Positions 21,901 through 36,112 of a DNA stretch of 64,000 nt are shown here, piece after piece. Below the pieces are notes generated by a model that was not told the origin of the DNA, made no database searches, and saw only the letters and a program-made list of their open reading frames with translations. Source of the stretch: Eledone cirrhosa (Eukaryota); assembly GCA_964016885.1 (NCBI GenBank), contig OZ024741.1:255812001-255876000 (forward strand), given 5' to 3'. Both the position numbers and the translations under genes were made by a program. The first letter of the stretch is position 1. Each line of letters begins with the position of its first letter.

Positions 21901-24900
21901 TTTGACTTACGAGTGTTCTGACTTACGAGTGTTCCGACTTACGAGTGTTCCGACTTACGAGTGTTTCGGCTTACGAGTGTTTCCGGCTTACGAGTGTTTC
22001 GACTTCCGAGTGTTTAGACTTACGGGTGTTTCGGCTTGCGAGTGTTTCGACTTACGAGTGTTTCGGCTTATGGGTGTTTCGACTTACTAATGTTTTTACT
22101 TACCAGTGTTTCGGCGTACGAGTGTTTCGGCTTACGAGTGTTTCGACTTACGAGTGTTTCGGCTTACGAGTGTTTCGACTTATGGGTGTTTCGACTTACG
22201 AGTGTTTTTACTTACGGTGTTTCGACTTACGAGTGTTTTGACTTACGAATGTTTTGACTTACGGGTGTTTCGGATTACGAGTGTTTCGACTTACGAGTGT
22301 TTCGGCTTACGAGTGTTTCGACTTACTAATGTTCTTACTTACGAGTGTTTCGGCGTACGAGAGTTTTGACTTACGAGTGTTTCGACTTACGAGTGTTTCG
22401 ACTTACGAGTGTTTTGACTTACGAATGTTTTGACTTACGGGTGTTTCGGCTTACGAGTGTTTCGACTTACGAGTCTTTCGGCTTACGAGTGTTTCGACTT
22501 ATGAGTGTTCTGATTTACGGATGTTTCGACATACGAGTGTTTCGACTTACGAGTGTTTCGACTTATGAGTGTTTCGACTTATGAGTGCTTCGGCTTACGA
22601 GTGTTTCGACGTACGAATGTTTTGGCTTACGAGTGTTTCGGCTTATGAGTGTTTCGGCTTACGAGTGTTTCGACTTACGAGTGTTTCGGCTTACGAGTGT
22701 TTCAGTGATTCGGCTTACGTGTGTTTCGACTTACGAGTGTTTCGACTTACGACTGTTTCGGCTTACGAGTGTTTCGGCTTACGAGTGTTTCGACTTACGA
22801 GTGTTTTGACTTACGAATGTTTTGACTTACGGGTGTTTCGGCTTACGAGTGTTTCGACTTACGAGTCTTTCGGCTTACGAGTGTTTCGACTTACTAATGT
22901 TTTTACTTACGAGTGTTTCGGCGTACGAGTGTTTCGACTTACGAGTGTTTCGACTTACGGGTGTTTTGACTTACGGGTGTTGCGGCTTACGAGTGTTTTG
23001 ACTTACGAGTGTTTTGACTTAAGGGTGTTTCGACTTACGAGTATTTTTGGCTTACGAGTGTTTCGACTTACGAGTGTTTTGACTTACGAGTGTTCTGATT
23101 TACGGATGTTTCGACATACGAGTGTTTCGACTTACGAGTGTTTCGATTTACTAATGTTCTTACTTACGAGTGTTTCGGCGTACGAGAGTTTTGACTTACG
23201 AGTGTTTCGACTTACGAGTGTTTCGACTTACGAGTGTTTTGACTTACGAATGTTTTGACTTACGGGTGTTTCGGCTTACGAGTGTTTCGACTTACGAGTC
23301 TTTCGGCTTACGAGTGTTTCGACTTACTAATGTTTTTACTTACGAGTGTTTCGGCGTACGAGTGTTTCGACTTACGAGTGTTTCGACTTACGAGTGTTTT
23401 GACTTACGGGTGTTTCGGCTTACGAGTGTTTTGACTTACGAGTGTTTTGACTTAAGGGTGTTTCGACTTACGAGTATTTTTGGCTTATGAGTGTTTCGAC
23501 TTACGAGTGTTTTGACTTACGAGTGTTCTGATTTACGGATGTTTCGACATACGAGTGTTTCGACTTACGAGTGTTTCGACTTATGAGTGTTTCGACTTAC
23601 GAGTGTTTCGGCTTATGAGTGTATCGACTTACGAGTGCTTCGGCTTACGAGTGTTTCGACTTACGAGTATTTCGGCTTACGAGTGTTTCGACGTACGAAT
23701 GTTTTGGCTTACGAGTGTTTCGGCTTATGAGTGTTTCGGCTTACGAGTGTTTCGACTTACGACTGTTTCGGCTTACGAGTGCTTCGGCTTACGAGTGTTT
23801 CGGCTTACGAGTGTTTTGACTTACGAGTGTTTTGACTTACGATTGTTTGGCTTACGAGTGTTCTGACTTACGGGTGTTCTGACTTACGAATGTTCCGACT
23901 TACGAGTGTTTCGGCTTATGAGGGTTTCGACTTACGAGTGCTTCGGCTTACGAGTGTTTCGACTTACGAGTGTTTCGGCTTAAGAGTGTTTCGACTTACG
24001 AGTGTTTCGACTTACGAGTGTTTTGACTTACGGTGTTTCGGCTTACGAGTGTTTCGACATACGAGTGTTTTGACGTACGGGTGTTTCGACTTACGGGTCT
24101 TTCGACTTAAGAGTGTTTCGACTTACGAGCGCTTCGACTTACGAGTGTTTCGACTTACGAGTGTTTCGGCGTATGAGTGTTTTGACTTACGAGTGTTTCG
24201 ACTTACGAGTGTTTCGACTTACGAGTGTTTCGAATTACGAGTGTTTCGACTTACGAGTGTTTTGACTTACGAGTGTTTTGACTTCGGTGTTTCTGCTTAC
24301 GAGTGTTTCGACTTACGAGTGTTATGACTTACGGGTGTTTTCACATACGAGTGTTTCGACTTACGAGTGTTTTGACTTACGGGTGTTTTGACATACGAGT
24401 GTTTCGATACGAGTATTCTGACTTACGAGTGTTCTGACTTACGAGTGTTCTGACTTACGAGTGTTTCGACATACGAGTGTTTTGACTTACGGGTGTTTCG
24501 ACTTACGAGTGTTTTCACTTACGAATGTTTTGACTTACGGGTGTTTCGGCTTACGAGTGTTTCGACTTACGAGTGTTTCGGCTTACGAGTGTTTCGACTT
24601 ACTAATATTTTTACTTACGAGTGTTTCGGCGTACGAGAGTTTTGACTTACGAGTGTTTCGACTTACGAGTGTTTCGACTTACGAGTATTTTGATTTACGA
24701 ATGTTTTGACTTACGGGTGTTTCGGCTTACGAGTGTTTCGACTTACGAGTCTTTCGGCGTACGAGTGTTTTGACTTACGAGTGTATCGGCTTACGAGTGT
24801 TTTGACTTACGAGTGTTTTGACTTAAGGGTGTTTCGACTTACGAGTATTTTTGGCTTACGAGTGTTTCGACTTACGAGTGTTTTTACTTACGAGTGTTCT

Positions 24901-25609
24901 GATTTACGGATGTTTAGACATACGAGTGTTTCGACTTAAGGGTGTTTCGACTTACGAGTGTTTCGACTTACGAGTGTTTCGACTTACGAGTGTTTCGGCT
25001 TGTGATTGTTTCGACTTACGAGTGTTTTGACTTACGGTGTTTCAGCTTACGAGTGTTTCGACTTACGAGTGTTTTGGCTTACGGTGTTTCGACTTACGAG
25101 TGTTTCGAGTTAAGAGTGTTTTGACTTACGAGTGTTCTGATTTACGAGTGTTCTGACTTACGAGTGTTCTGACTTACGAGTGTTCTGACTTACGAGTGTT
25201 CTGACTTACGAGTGTTTTTACTTACGAGTGTTCTGATTTACGGATGTTTAGACTTACGAGTGTTTTGACTTAAGGGTGTTTCGACTTACGAGTGTTTCGA
25301 TACGAGTGTTTCGACTTACGAGTGTTTCGGCTTACGAGTGTTTCGACTTACGAGTGTTTCGACTTACGAGTGTTCCGACTTACGGGTGTTTCGACTTACG
25401 AGTGTTTTGGCTTACGGTGTTTCGACTTACGAGTGTTTCGAGTTAAGAGTGTTTTGACTTACGAGTGTTCTGATTTACGAGTGTTCTGACTTACGAGTGT
25501 TCTGACTTACGAGTGTTCTGACTTACGAGTGTTCTGACTTACGAGTGTTCCGACTTTACGAGTGTTTCGGCTCACGAGTGTTTCGGCTTACGAGTGTTTC
25601 GACTTACGA

Positions 25610-25678
25610 AAATAACAAATAGACGCGGTTTCAAATCTCTATGCTTTTCAAATTCATTACATTAATCTTTATTTATAC
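25610..25678. repeat. 69 bp cassette, copy 2 (allele ATGCTTTTC)
   Basis: Direct sequence match to copy 1 with one substitution. Confidence 0.95.
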
Positions 25679-28020
25679 GTTTCGCTTTACGAGTGTTTCG
25701 ACTTACGAGTCTTTCGGCTTACGAGTGTTTCGACTTACTAATGTTTTTACTTACGAGTGTTTCGGCGTACGAGTGTTTCGACTTACGAGTGTTTCGACTT
25801 ACGAGTGTTTTGACTTACGGGTGTTTCGGCTTACGAGTGTTTTGACTTACGAGTGTTTTGACTTAAGGGTGTTTCGACTTACGAGTATTTTTGGCTTATG
25901 AGTGTTTCGACTTACGAGTGTTTTGACTTACGAGTGTTCTGATTTACGGATGTTTCGACATACGAGTGTTTCGACTTACGAGTGTTTCGACTTATGAGTG
26001 TTTCGACTTACGAGTGTTTCGGCTTATGAGTGTATCGACTTACGAGTGCTTCGGCTTACGAGTGTTTCGACTTACGAGTATTTCGGCTTACGAGTGTTTC
26101 GACGTACGAATGTTTTGGCTTACGAGTGTTTCGGCTTATGAGTGTTTCGGCTTACGAGTGTTTCGACTTACGACTGTTTCGGCTTACGAGTGCTTCGGCT
26201 TACGAGTGTTTCGGCTTACGAATGTTTTGACTTACGAGTGTTTTGACTTACGATTGTTTGGCTTACGAGTGTTCTGACTTACGGGTGTTCTGACTTACGA
26301 ATGTTCCGACTTACGAGTGTTTCGGCTTATGAGGGTTTCGACTTACGAGTGCTTCGGCTTACGAGTGTTTCGACTTACGAGTGTTTCGGCTTAAGAGTGT
26401 TTCGACTTACGAGTGTTTCGACTTACGAGTGTTTTGACTTACGGTGTTTCGGCTTACGAGTGTTTCGACATACGAGTGTTTTGACGTACGGGTGTTTCGA
26501 CTTACGGGTCTTTCGACTTAAGAGTGTTTCGACTTACGAGCGCTTCGACTTACGAGTGTTTCGACTTACGAGTGTTTCGGCGTATGAGTGTTTTGACTTA
26601 CGAGTGTTTCGACTTACGAGTGTTTCGACTTACGAGTGTTTCGAATTACGAGTGTTTCGACTTACGAGTGTTTTGACTTACGAGTGTTTTGACTTCGGTG
26701 TTTCTGCTTACGAGTGTTTCGACTTACGAGTGTTATGACTTACGGGTGTTTTCACATACGAGTGTTTCGACTTACGAGTGTTTTGACTTACGGGTGTTTT
26801 GACATACGAGTGTTTCGATACGATTATTCTGACTTACGAGTGTTCTGACTTACGAGTGTTCTGACTTACGAGTGTTTCGACATACGAGTGTTTTGACTTA
26901 CGGGTGTTTCGACTTACGAGTGTTTTCACTTACGAATGTTTTGACTTACGGGTGTTTCGGCTTACGAGTGTTTCGACTTACGAGTGTTTCGGCTTACGAG
27001 TGTTTCGACTTACTAATATTTTTACTTACGAGTGTTTCGGCGTACGAGAGTTTTGACTTACGAGTGTTTCGACTTACGAGTGTTTCGACTTACGAGTATT
27101 TTGATTTACGAATGTTTTGACTTACGGGTGTTTCGGCTTACGAGTGTTTCGACTTACGAGTCTTTCGGCGTACGAGTGTTTTGACTTACGAGTGTATCGG
27201 CTTACGAGTGTTTTGACTTACGAGTGTTTTGACTTAAGGGTGTTTCGACTTACGAGTATTTTTGGCTTACGAGTGTTTCGACTTACGAGTGTTTTTACTT
27301 ACGAGTGTTCTGATTTACGGATGTTTAGACATACGAGTGTTTCGACTTAAGGGTGTTTCGACTTACGAGTGTTTCGACTTACGAGTGTTTCGACTTACGA
27401 GTGTTTCGGCTTGTGATTGTTTCGACTTACGAGTGTTTTGACTTACGGTGTTTCAGCTTACGAGTGTTTCGACTTACGAGTGTTTTGGCTTACGGTGTTT
27501 CGACTTACGAGTGTTTCGAGTTAAGAGTGTTTTGACTTACGAGTGTTCTGATTTACGAGTGTTCTGACTTACGAGTGTTCTGACTTACGAGTGTTCTGAC
27601 TTACGAGTGTTCTGACTTACGAGTGTTTTTACTTACGAGTGTTCTGATTTACGGATGTTTAGACTTACGAGTGTTTTGACTTAAGGGTGTTTCGACTTAC
27701 GAGTGTTTCGATACGAGTGTTTCGACTTACGAGTGTTTCGGCTTACGAGTGTTTCGACTTACGAGTGTTTCGACTTACGAGTGTTCCGACTTACGGGTGT
27801 TTCGACTTACGAGTGTTTTGGCTTACGGTGTTTCGACTTACGAGTGTTTCGAGTTAAGAGTGTTTTGACTTACGAGTGTTCTGATTTACGAGTGTTCTGA
27901 CTTACGAGTGTTCTGACTTACGAGTGTTCTGACTTACGAGTGTTCTGACTTACGAGTGTTCCGACTTTACGAGTGTTTCGGCTCACGAGTGTTTCGGCTT
28001 ACGAGTGTTTCGACTTACGA

Positions 28021-28089
28021 AAATAACAAATAGACGCGGTTTCAAATCTCTATGCTTTTCAAATTCATTACATTAATCTTTATTTATAC
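28021..28089. repeat. 69 bp cassette, copy 3 (allele ATGCTTTTC)
   Basis: Direct sequence match. Confidence 0.95.
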
Positions 28090-28772
28090 GTTTCGCTTTA
28101 CGAGTGTTTCGACTTACGAGTGTTTCGACATACGAGTGTTTCGACTTACGAATGTTTTTGCTTACGGGTGTTTCGACTTACGAATGTTTTTGCTTACGAG
28201 TGTTTCCGGCTTACGAGTGTTTCAACTTACGAGTGTTCTGACTTACGAGTGTTCTGATTTACGGATGTTTCGACACACGAGTGTTTCGAATTACGAGTGT
28301 TTCGACTTACGAGTGTTTTGACTTACGGGTGTTTTGACATACGAGTGTTTCGATACGAGTGTTTCGACTTACGAGTGTTCTGACTTACGAGTGTTCTGAC
28401 TTACGAGTGTTCTGACTTACGAGTGTTCTTACTTACGAGTGTTCCGACTTACGAGTGTTCCGACTTACGAGTGTTTCGGCTTACGAGTGTTTCGGCTTAC
28501 GAGTGTTTCGACTTACGAGTGTTCCGACTTACGGGTGTTTCGACTTACGAGTGTTTTGGCTTACGGTGTTTCGGCTTACGAGTGTTTCGAGTTACGAGTG
28601 TTTTGACTTACACCTGTTTTGACATACGAGTGTTTCGATACGAGTGTTTTAACTTACGAGTGTTCTGACTTACGAGTGTTCTGACTTACGAGTGTTCCGA
28701 CTTACGAGTGTTCCGACTTTACGAGTGTTTCGGCTCACTAGTGTTTCGGCTTACGAGTGTTTCGACTTATGA

Positions 28773-28841
28773 AAATAACAAATAGACGCGGTTTCAAATC
28801 TCTATGCTTTTCAAATTCATTACATTAATCTTTATTTATAC
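28773..28841. repeat. 69 bp cassette, copy 4 (allele ATGCTTTTC)
   Basis: Direct sequence match; the upstream flank has the CTCACTAG variant. Confidence 0.95.
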
Positions 28842-31800
28842 GTTTCGCTTTACGAGTGTTTCGACTTACGAGTGTTTCGACTTACGAGTGTTTTGGCTTA
28901 CGAATGTTTTGACTTACGGGTGTTTCGACTTACGAGTGTTTCGACTTATGAGTGTTTCGACTTACGAGTGTTTCGGCTTATGAGTGTTTCGACTTACGAG
29001 TGCTTCGGCTTACGAGTGTTTCGACTTACGAGTATTTCGGCTTACGAGTGTTTCGACGTACGAATGTTTTGGCTTACGAGTGTTTCGGCTTATGAGTGTT
29101 TCGGCTTACGAGTGTTTCGACTTACGAGTGTTTCGGCTTACGAGTGTTTCAGTGTTTCGGCTTACGTGTGTTTCGACTTACGAGTGTTTCGACTTACGAC
29201 TGTTTCGGCTTACGAGTGTTTCGGCTTACGAGTGTTTCGGCTTACGAGTGTTTTGACTTACGATTGTTTGGCTTACGAGTGTTCTGACTTACGGGTGTTC
29301 TGACTTACGAGTGTTTCGGCTTATGAGGGTTTCGACTTACGAGTGCTTCGGCTTACGAGTGTTTTGACTTACGGTGTTTCGGCTTACGAGTGTTTCGACA
29401 TACGAGTGTTTTGACGTACGGGTGTTTCGACTTATGGGTCTTTCGACTTAAGAGTGTTTCGACTTACGAGCGCTTCGACTTACGAGTGTTTCGACTTACG
29501 AGTGTTTCGGCGTATGAGTGTTTTGACTTACGAGTGTTTCGACTTACGAGTGTTTCGACTTACGAGTGTTTCGAATTACGAGTGTTTCGACTTACGAGTG
29601 TTTTGACTTACGAGTGTTTTGACTTACGCTGTTTCTGCTTACGAGTGTTTCGACTTTCGAGTGTTATGACTTACGGGTGTTTTGACATACGAGTGTTTCG
29701 ACTTACGAGTCTTTCGGCTTACGAGTGTTTCGACTTACTAATGTTTTTACTTACGAGGGTTTCGGCGTACGAGTGTTTCGACTTCCGAGTGTTTCGACTT
29801 ACAGGTGTTTTGACTTACGGGTGTTTCGGCTTACGAGTGTTTTGACTTACGAGTGTTTTGACTTAAGGGTGTTTCGACTTACGAGTATTTTTGGCTTACG
29901 AGTGTTTCGACTTACGAGTGTTTTGACTTACGAGTGTTCTGATTTACGGATGTTTCGACATACGAGTGTTTCGACTTACGAGTGTTTCGACTTACGAGTG
30001 TTTCGACTTACGAGTGTTTCGACTTACGAGTGTTTCGGCTTACGAGTGTTTTGACTTACGAATGTTTTGACTTACGATTGTTTCGGCTTACGAGTCTTTC
30101 GACTTACGAGTGTTCTGACTACGAGTGTTCTGACTTACGGGTGTTCTGACTTACGAGTGTTCCGACTTACGAGTGTTTCGGCTTATGAGTGTTTCGACTT
30201 ACGAGTGCTTCGACTTACGAGTGTTTCGGCTTAAGGGTGTTTCGACTTACGAATGTTTTTGCTTACGAGTGTTTCGGCTTACGAGTGTTTCGGCTTATGA
30301 GTGTTTCGACTTACGAGTGTTTTGACTTACGGGTGTTTTGACATACGAGTGTTTCGATACGATTGTTCTGACTTACGAGTGTTTCCGCTTACGAGTGTTT
30401 CGGCTTACGAGTGTTTCGACTTACTAATGTTTTTACTTACGAGTGTTTCGGTGTACGAGTGTTTCGACTTAAGGATGTTTCGACTTACGAGTGTTTCGAC
30501 TTACGAGTGTTTTGGCTTACGAATGTTTTGACTCACGGGTGTTTCGACTTACGAGTGTTTCGACTTATGAGTGTTTCGACTTACGAGTGTTTCGGCTTAT
30601 GAGTGTTTCGACTTACGAGTGCTTCGGCTTACGAGTGTTTCGACTTACGAGTAATTCGGCTTACGAGTGTTTCGACGTACGAATGTTTTGGCTTACGAGT
30701 GTTTCGGCTTATGAGTGTTTCGGCTTACGAGTGTTTCGACTTACGAGTGTTTCGGCTTACGAGTGTTTCAGTGTTTCGGCTTACGTGTGTTTCGACTTAC
30801 GAGTGTTTCGACTTACGACTGTTTCGGATTACGAGTGTTTCGGCTTACGAGTGTTTCGGCTTACGAGTGTTTTGACTTACGATTGTTTGGCTTACGTGTG
30901 TTCTGACTTACGGGTGTTCTGACTTACGAGTGTTCCGACTTACGAGTGTTTCGGCATATGAGGGTTTCGACTTACGAGTGCTTCGGCTTACGAGTGTTTC
31001 GACTTACGAGTGTTTCGGCTTACGAGTGTTTCGACTTACGAGTGTTTTGACTTACGGTGTTTCGGCTTACGAGTGTTTCGACATACGAGTGTTTTGACGT
31101 ACGGGTGTTTCGACTTACGGGTCTTTCGACTTAAGAGTGTTTCGACTTACGAGCGCTTCGACTTACGAGTGTTTCGACTTACGAGTGTTTCGGCGTATGA
31201 GTGTTTTGACTTACGAGTGTTTTAACTTACGAGTGTTTCGAATTACGAGTGTTTCGACTTGCGAGTGTTTTGACTTACGAGTGTTTTGACTTACGGTGTT
31301 TCTGCTTACGAGTGTTTCGACTTTCGAGTGTTATGACTTACGGGTGTTTTGACATACGAGTGTTTCGACTTACGAGGCTTTCGGCTTACGAGTGTTTCGA
31401 CTTACTAATGTTTTTACTTACGAGTGTTTCGGCGTACGAGTGTTTCGACTTCCGAGTGTTTCGACTTACAGGTGTTTTGACTTACGGGTGTTTCGGCTTA
31501 CGAGTGTTTTGACTTACGAGTGTTTTGACTTAAGGGTGTTTCGACTTACGAGTATTTTTGGCTTACGAGTGTTTCGACTTACGAGTGTTTTGACTTACGA
31601 GTGTTCTGATTTACGGATGTTTCGACATACGAGTGTTTCGACTTACGAGTGTTTCGACTTATGCGTGTTTCGACTTACGAGTGTTTCGACTTACAAGTGT
31701 TTCGGCTTATGATTGTTTCGACTTACGAGTGTTTTGACTTACGGTGTTTCAGCTTACGAGTGTTTCGACTTACGGGTGTTTTGACATACGAGTGTTTCGA

Positions 31801-33029
31801 TACGAGTGTTCTGACGTACGAGTGTTCTGACTTACGAGTGTTTTGACTTACGAGTGTTCTGACTTACGAGTGTTCCATCTTACGAGTGTTCCGACTTACG
31901 AGTGTTTCGGCTTACGAGTGTTTCCGGCTTACGAGTGTTTCGACTTACGAGTGTTTTGACTTACGGTGTTTCGGCTTACGAGTGATTCGACTTACGAGTG
32001 TTTTGACTTACGTGTGTTTTGACTTACGGGTGTTGTGAATTACGAGTATTCCGATTTACGAGTGTTTTGACTTACGGTGTTTCGGCTTACGAGTGATTCG
32101 ACTTACGAATGTTTTGACTTACGGGTGTTTCGGCTTGCGAGTGTTTCGATTTACGAGTGTTTCGGCTCATGAGTGTTTCGACTTACTCTTTTACTTACGA
32201 GTGTTCTGACTTACGAGTGTTCCGACTTACGAGTGTTCCGACTTACGAGTGTTTCGGCTTACGAGTGTTTCCGGCTTACGAGTGTTTCGACTTACGAGTG
32301 TTTTGACTTACGAATGTTTTGACATACGGGTGTTTCGGCTTACGAGTGTTTCGACTTACGAGTGTTTCGGCTTGCGAGTGTTTCGACTTACTAATGTTTT
32401 TACTTACGAGTTTTTCGGCGTACGAGTGTTTCGACTTACGAGTGTTTCGACTTACGGGTGTTTTGACTTAAGGGTATTTCGACTTACAAGTGTTTCGACT
32501 TACGAGTGTTTCGACTTGCGAGTGTTCTGACTTACGAGTGTTCTGATTTACGGATGTTTCGACATACGAGTGTTTCGACTTACGAGTGTTTCGACTTACG
32601 AGTGTTTTGACTTACGGGTGTTTTGACATACGAGTGTTTCGATACGAGTGTTTCGACTTACGGGTGTTTTGACTTAAGGGTATTTCGACTTACAAGTGTT
32701 TCGACTTACGAGTGTTCTGACTTACGAATGTTCTGACTTACGAGTGTTCAGATTTACGAGTGTTCCGTCTTACGAGTGTTTCGACTTACGAGTGTTTCGA
32801 CTTACGAGTGTTCCGACTTACGGGTGTTTCGACTTACGAGTGGTTTGGCTTACGGTGTTTCGGCTTACGAGTGTTTCGAGTTACGAGTGTTTTGACTTAC
32901 GCGTGTTTTGACATACGAGTGTTTCGATACGAGTGTTCTGACTTACGAGTGTTCTGACTTACGAGTGTTCCGACTTTACGAGTGTTTCGGCTCACGAGTG
33001 TTTCGGCTTACGAGTGTTTCGACTTACGA

Positions 33030-33098
33030 AAATAACAAATAGACGCGGTTTCAAATCTCTATGAATTTCAAATTCATTACATTAATCTTTATTTATAC
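33030..33098. repeat. 69 bp cassette, copy 5 (allele ATGAATTTC)
   Basis: Direct sequence match. Confidence 0.95.
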
Positions 33099-36043
33099 GT
33101 TTCGCTTTACGAGTGTTTCGACTTACGAGTGTTTCGACATACGAGTGTTTCGACTTCCGAATGTTTTTGCTTACGGGTGTTTCGACTTACGAGTGCTTTG
33201 GCTTACGAGTGTTCCGACTTAGGAGTGTTTCGGCTTACGGGTGTTTCCGGCTTACGAGTGTTTCGACTTACGAGTGTTTCGACTTTAGAGTGTTTTGACT
33301 TACGGTGTTTCGGCTTACGAGTGATTCGACTTACGAGTGTTTTAACTTACGAGTGTTTCGACTTACGAGTGTTTTGACTTACGATTGTTTTGACTTACGG
33401 GTGTTTCGGCTTACGAGTGTTTCGACTTACGAGTGTTTCGGCTTGCGAGTGTTTCGACTTACTAATGTTTTTACTTACGAGTGTTTCGGCGTACGAGTGT
33501 TTCGACTTACGAGTGTTTCGACTTACGGGTGTTTTGACTTACGGGTGTTTCGGCTTACCAGTGTTTCGACTTACGAGTGATTTGACTTAAGGGTGTTTCG
33601 ACATACGAGTGTTTCGACTTACGAGTGTTTCGACTTACGAGTGTTTCGGATTACGAGTGTTTTGACTTCAGGGTGTTTCGACTTACGAGTGTTTCGATAC
33701 GAGTGTTTCGACATACGAGTGTTCTGACTTACGAGTATTCTGATTTACGGATGTTTCGACACACGAGTGTTTCGAATTACGAGTGTTTCGACTTACGAGT
33801 GTTTTGACTTACGGGTGTTTTGACATACGAGTGTTTCGATACGAGTGTTTCGACTTATGAGTGTTTCGACTTACGAGTGTTCTGACTTACGAGTGTTCTG
33901 ACTTACGAGTGTTCCGACTTACGAGTGTTTCGGTTTACGAGTGTTTCGACATACGAGTGTTTTGACTTACGGGTGTTTCGAATTACGGGTGTTTCGACTT
34001 ACGAGTGTTTTGGCTTACGAGTGTTTCGACTTACTAATGTTTTTACTTACGAGTGTTTCGGTGTACGAATGTTTTGACTTAAGGATGTTTCGACTTACGA
34101 GTGTTTCGACTTACGAGTGTTTCGGCTTACGTGAGTTTCGACTTAAGAGTGTTCTGATTTACGAGTGTTCTGACTTACGAGTGTTTCGGCTTATGAGTGT
34201 TTCGACTTACGAGTGTTTCGGCTTACGAGTGTTTCGACTTATGGGTGTTTCGACTTACGAGTGTTTTTACTTACGGTGTTTCGGCTTACGAGTGTTTCGA
34301 CATACGAGTGTTTTGACTTACGGGTGTTTCGGCTTACGAGTGTTTCGACTTACGAGTGTTTCGGCTTACGAGTGTTTCGACTTACTAATGTTTTTACTTA
34401 CGAGTGTTTCGGCGTACGAGAGTTTTGACTTACGAGTGTTTCGACTTACGAGTGTTTTGACTTACGAATGTTTTGACTTACGGGTGTGTCGGCTTATGAG
34501 TGTTTCGACTTACGAGTCTTTCGGCTTACGAGTGTTTCGACTTACTAATGTTTTTACTTACGAGTGTTTCGGCGTACGAGTGTTTCGACTTACGTGTGTT
34601 TCGACTTACGGGTGTTTTGACTTACGGGTGTTTCGGCTTACGAGTGTTTCGACTTACGAGTGTTTTGACTTACGGGTGTTTCGACTTACGAGTATTTTTG
34701 GCTTACGAGTGTTTCGACTTACGAGTGTTTTGACTTACGAGTGTTCTGATTTACGGATGTTTCGACATACGAGTGTTTCGACTTACGAGTGTTTCGACTT
34801 ATGAGTGTTTCGACTTACGAGTGTTTCGGCTTACGAGTGTTTCGACTTACGAGTGTTTTGACTTACGGTGTTTCGGCTTACGAGTGTTTCGACTTACGAG
34901 TGTTTTGACTTACGGGTGTTTTGACATACGAGTGTTTCGATACGAGTGTTCTGACTTACGAGTGTTCTGACTTACGAGTGTTTTGACTTACGAGTGTTCT
35001 GACTTACGAGTGTTCCGACTTACGAGTGTTCCGACTTACGAGTGTTTCCGGCTTACGAGTGTTTCGACTTCCGAGTGTTTTGACTTACGGTGTTTCGGCT
35101 TACGAGTGATTCGACTTACGAGTGTTTTGAATTACGGGTGATTTGACTTACGGGTGTTGTGAATTACGAGTGTTCCGATTTACGAGTGTTTTGACTTACG
35201 GTGTTTCGGCTTACGAGTGATTCGACTTACGAATGTTTTGACTTACGGGTGTTTCGGCTTGCGAGTGTTTCGACTTACGAGTGTTTCGGCTTGTGGGTGT
35301 TTCGACTTACTAATGTTTTTACTTACGAGTGTTTCGGCGTACGAGTGTTTTGACTTACGAGTGTTTCGACTTACGAGTGTTTCGACTTACGAGTGTTTCG
35401 GCTTACGTGAGTTTCGACTTAAGAGTGTTCTGATTCACGAGTGTTCTGACTTGCGGGTGTTCTGATTTACGAGTGTTCCGACTTACGAGTGTTTCGGCTT
35501 ATGAGTGTTTCGACTTACGAGTGTTTCGGCTTACGAGTGTTTCGACTTACGAGTGTTTCGACTTACGGGTGTTCTGACTTAAGGTTGTTTCGACTTACAA
35601 GTGTTTCGGCTTATGAGTGTTTCGACTTACGAGTGTTTCGACTTACGAGTGTTTTGACTTACGGGTGTTTTGACATACGAGTGTTTCGATACGAGTGTTT
35701 CGACTTACGAGTGTTCTGACTACGAGTGTTCTGACTTACGAGTGTTCTGACTTACGAGTGTTCTGATTTACGAGTGTTCCGACTTACGAGTGTTTCGACT
35801 TACGAGTGTTTCGACTTACGAGTGTTCCGACTTACGGGTGTTTCGACTTACGAGTGGTTTGGCTTACGGTGTTTCGGCTTACGAGTGTTTCGAGTTACGA
35901 GTGTTTTGACTTACGCGTGTTTTGACATACGAGTGTTTCGATACGAGTGTTCTGACTTACGAGTGTTCTGACTTACGAGTGTTCCGACTTTACGAGTGTT
36001 TCGGCTCACGAGTGTTTCGGCTTACGAGTGTTTCGACTTACGA

Positions 36044-36112
36044 AAATAACAAATAGACGCGGTTTCAAATCTCTATGAATTTCAAATTCATTACATTAAT
36101 CTTTATTTATAC
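36044..36112. repeat. 69 bp cassette, copy 6 (allele ATGAATTTC)
   Basis: Direct sequence match. Confidence 0.95.

Larger units (their letters stand above)
23276..28120. repeat. Near-perfect 2411 bp tandem duplication in satellite B
   Basis: ORF pairs are offset by 2411 (23555/25966, 23890/26301, 24461/26872, 25292/27703), as are cassette copies 25610/28021. Confidence 0.92.
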
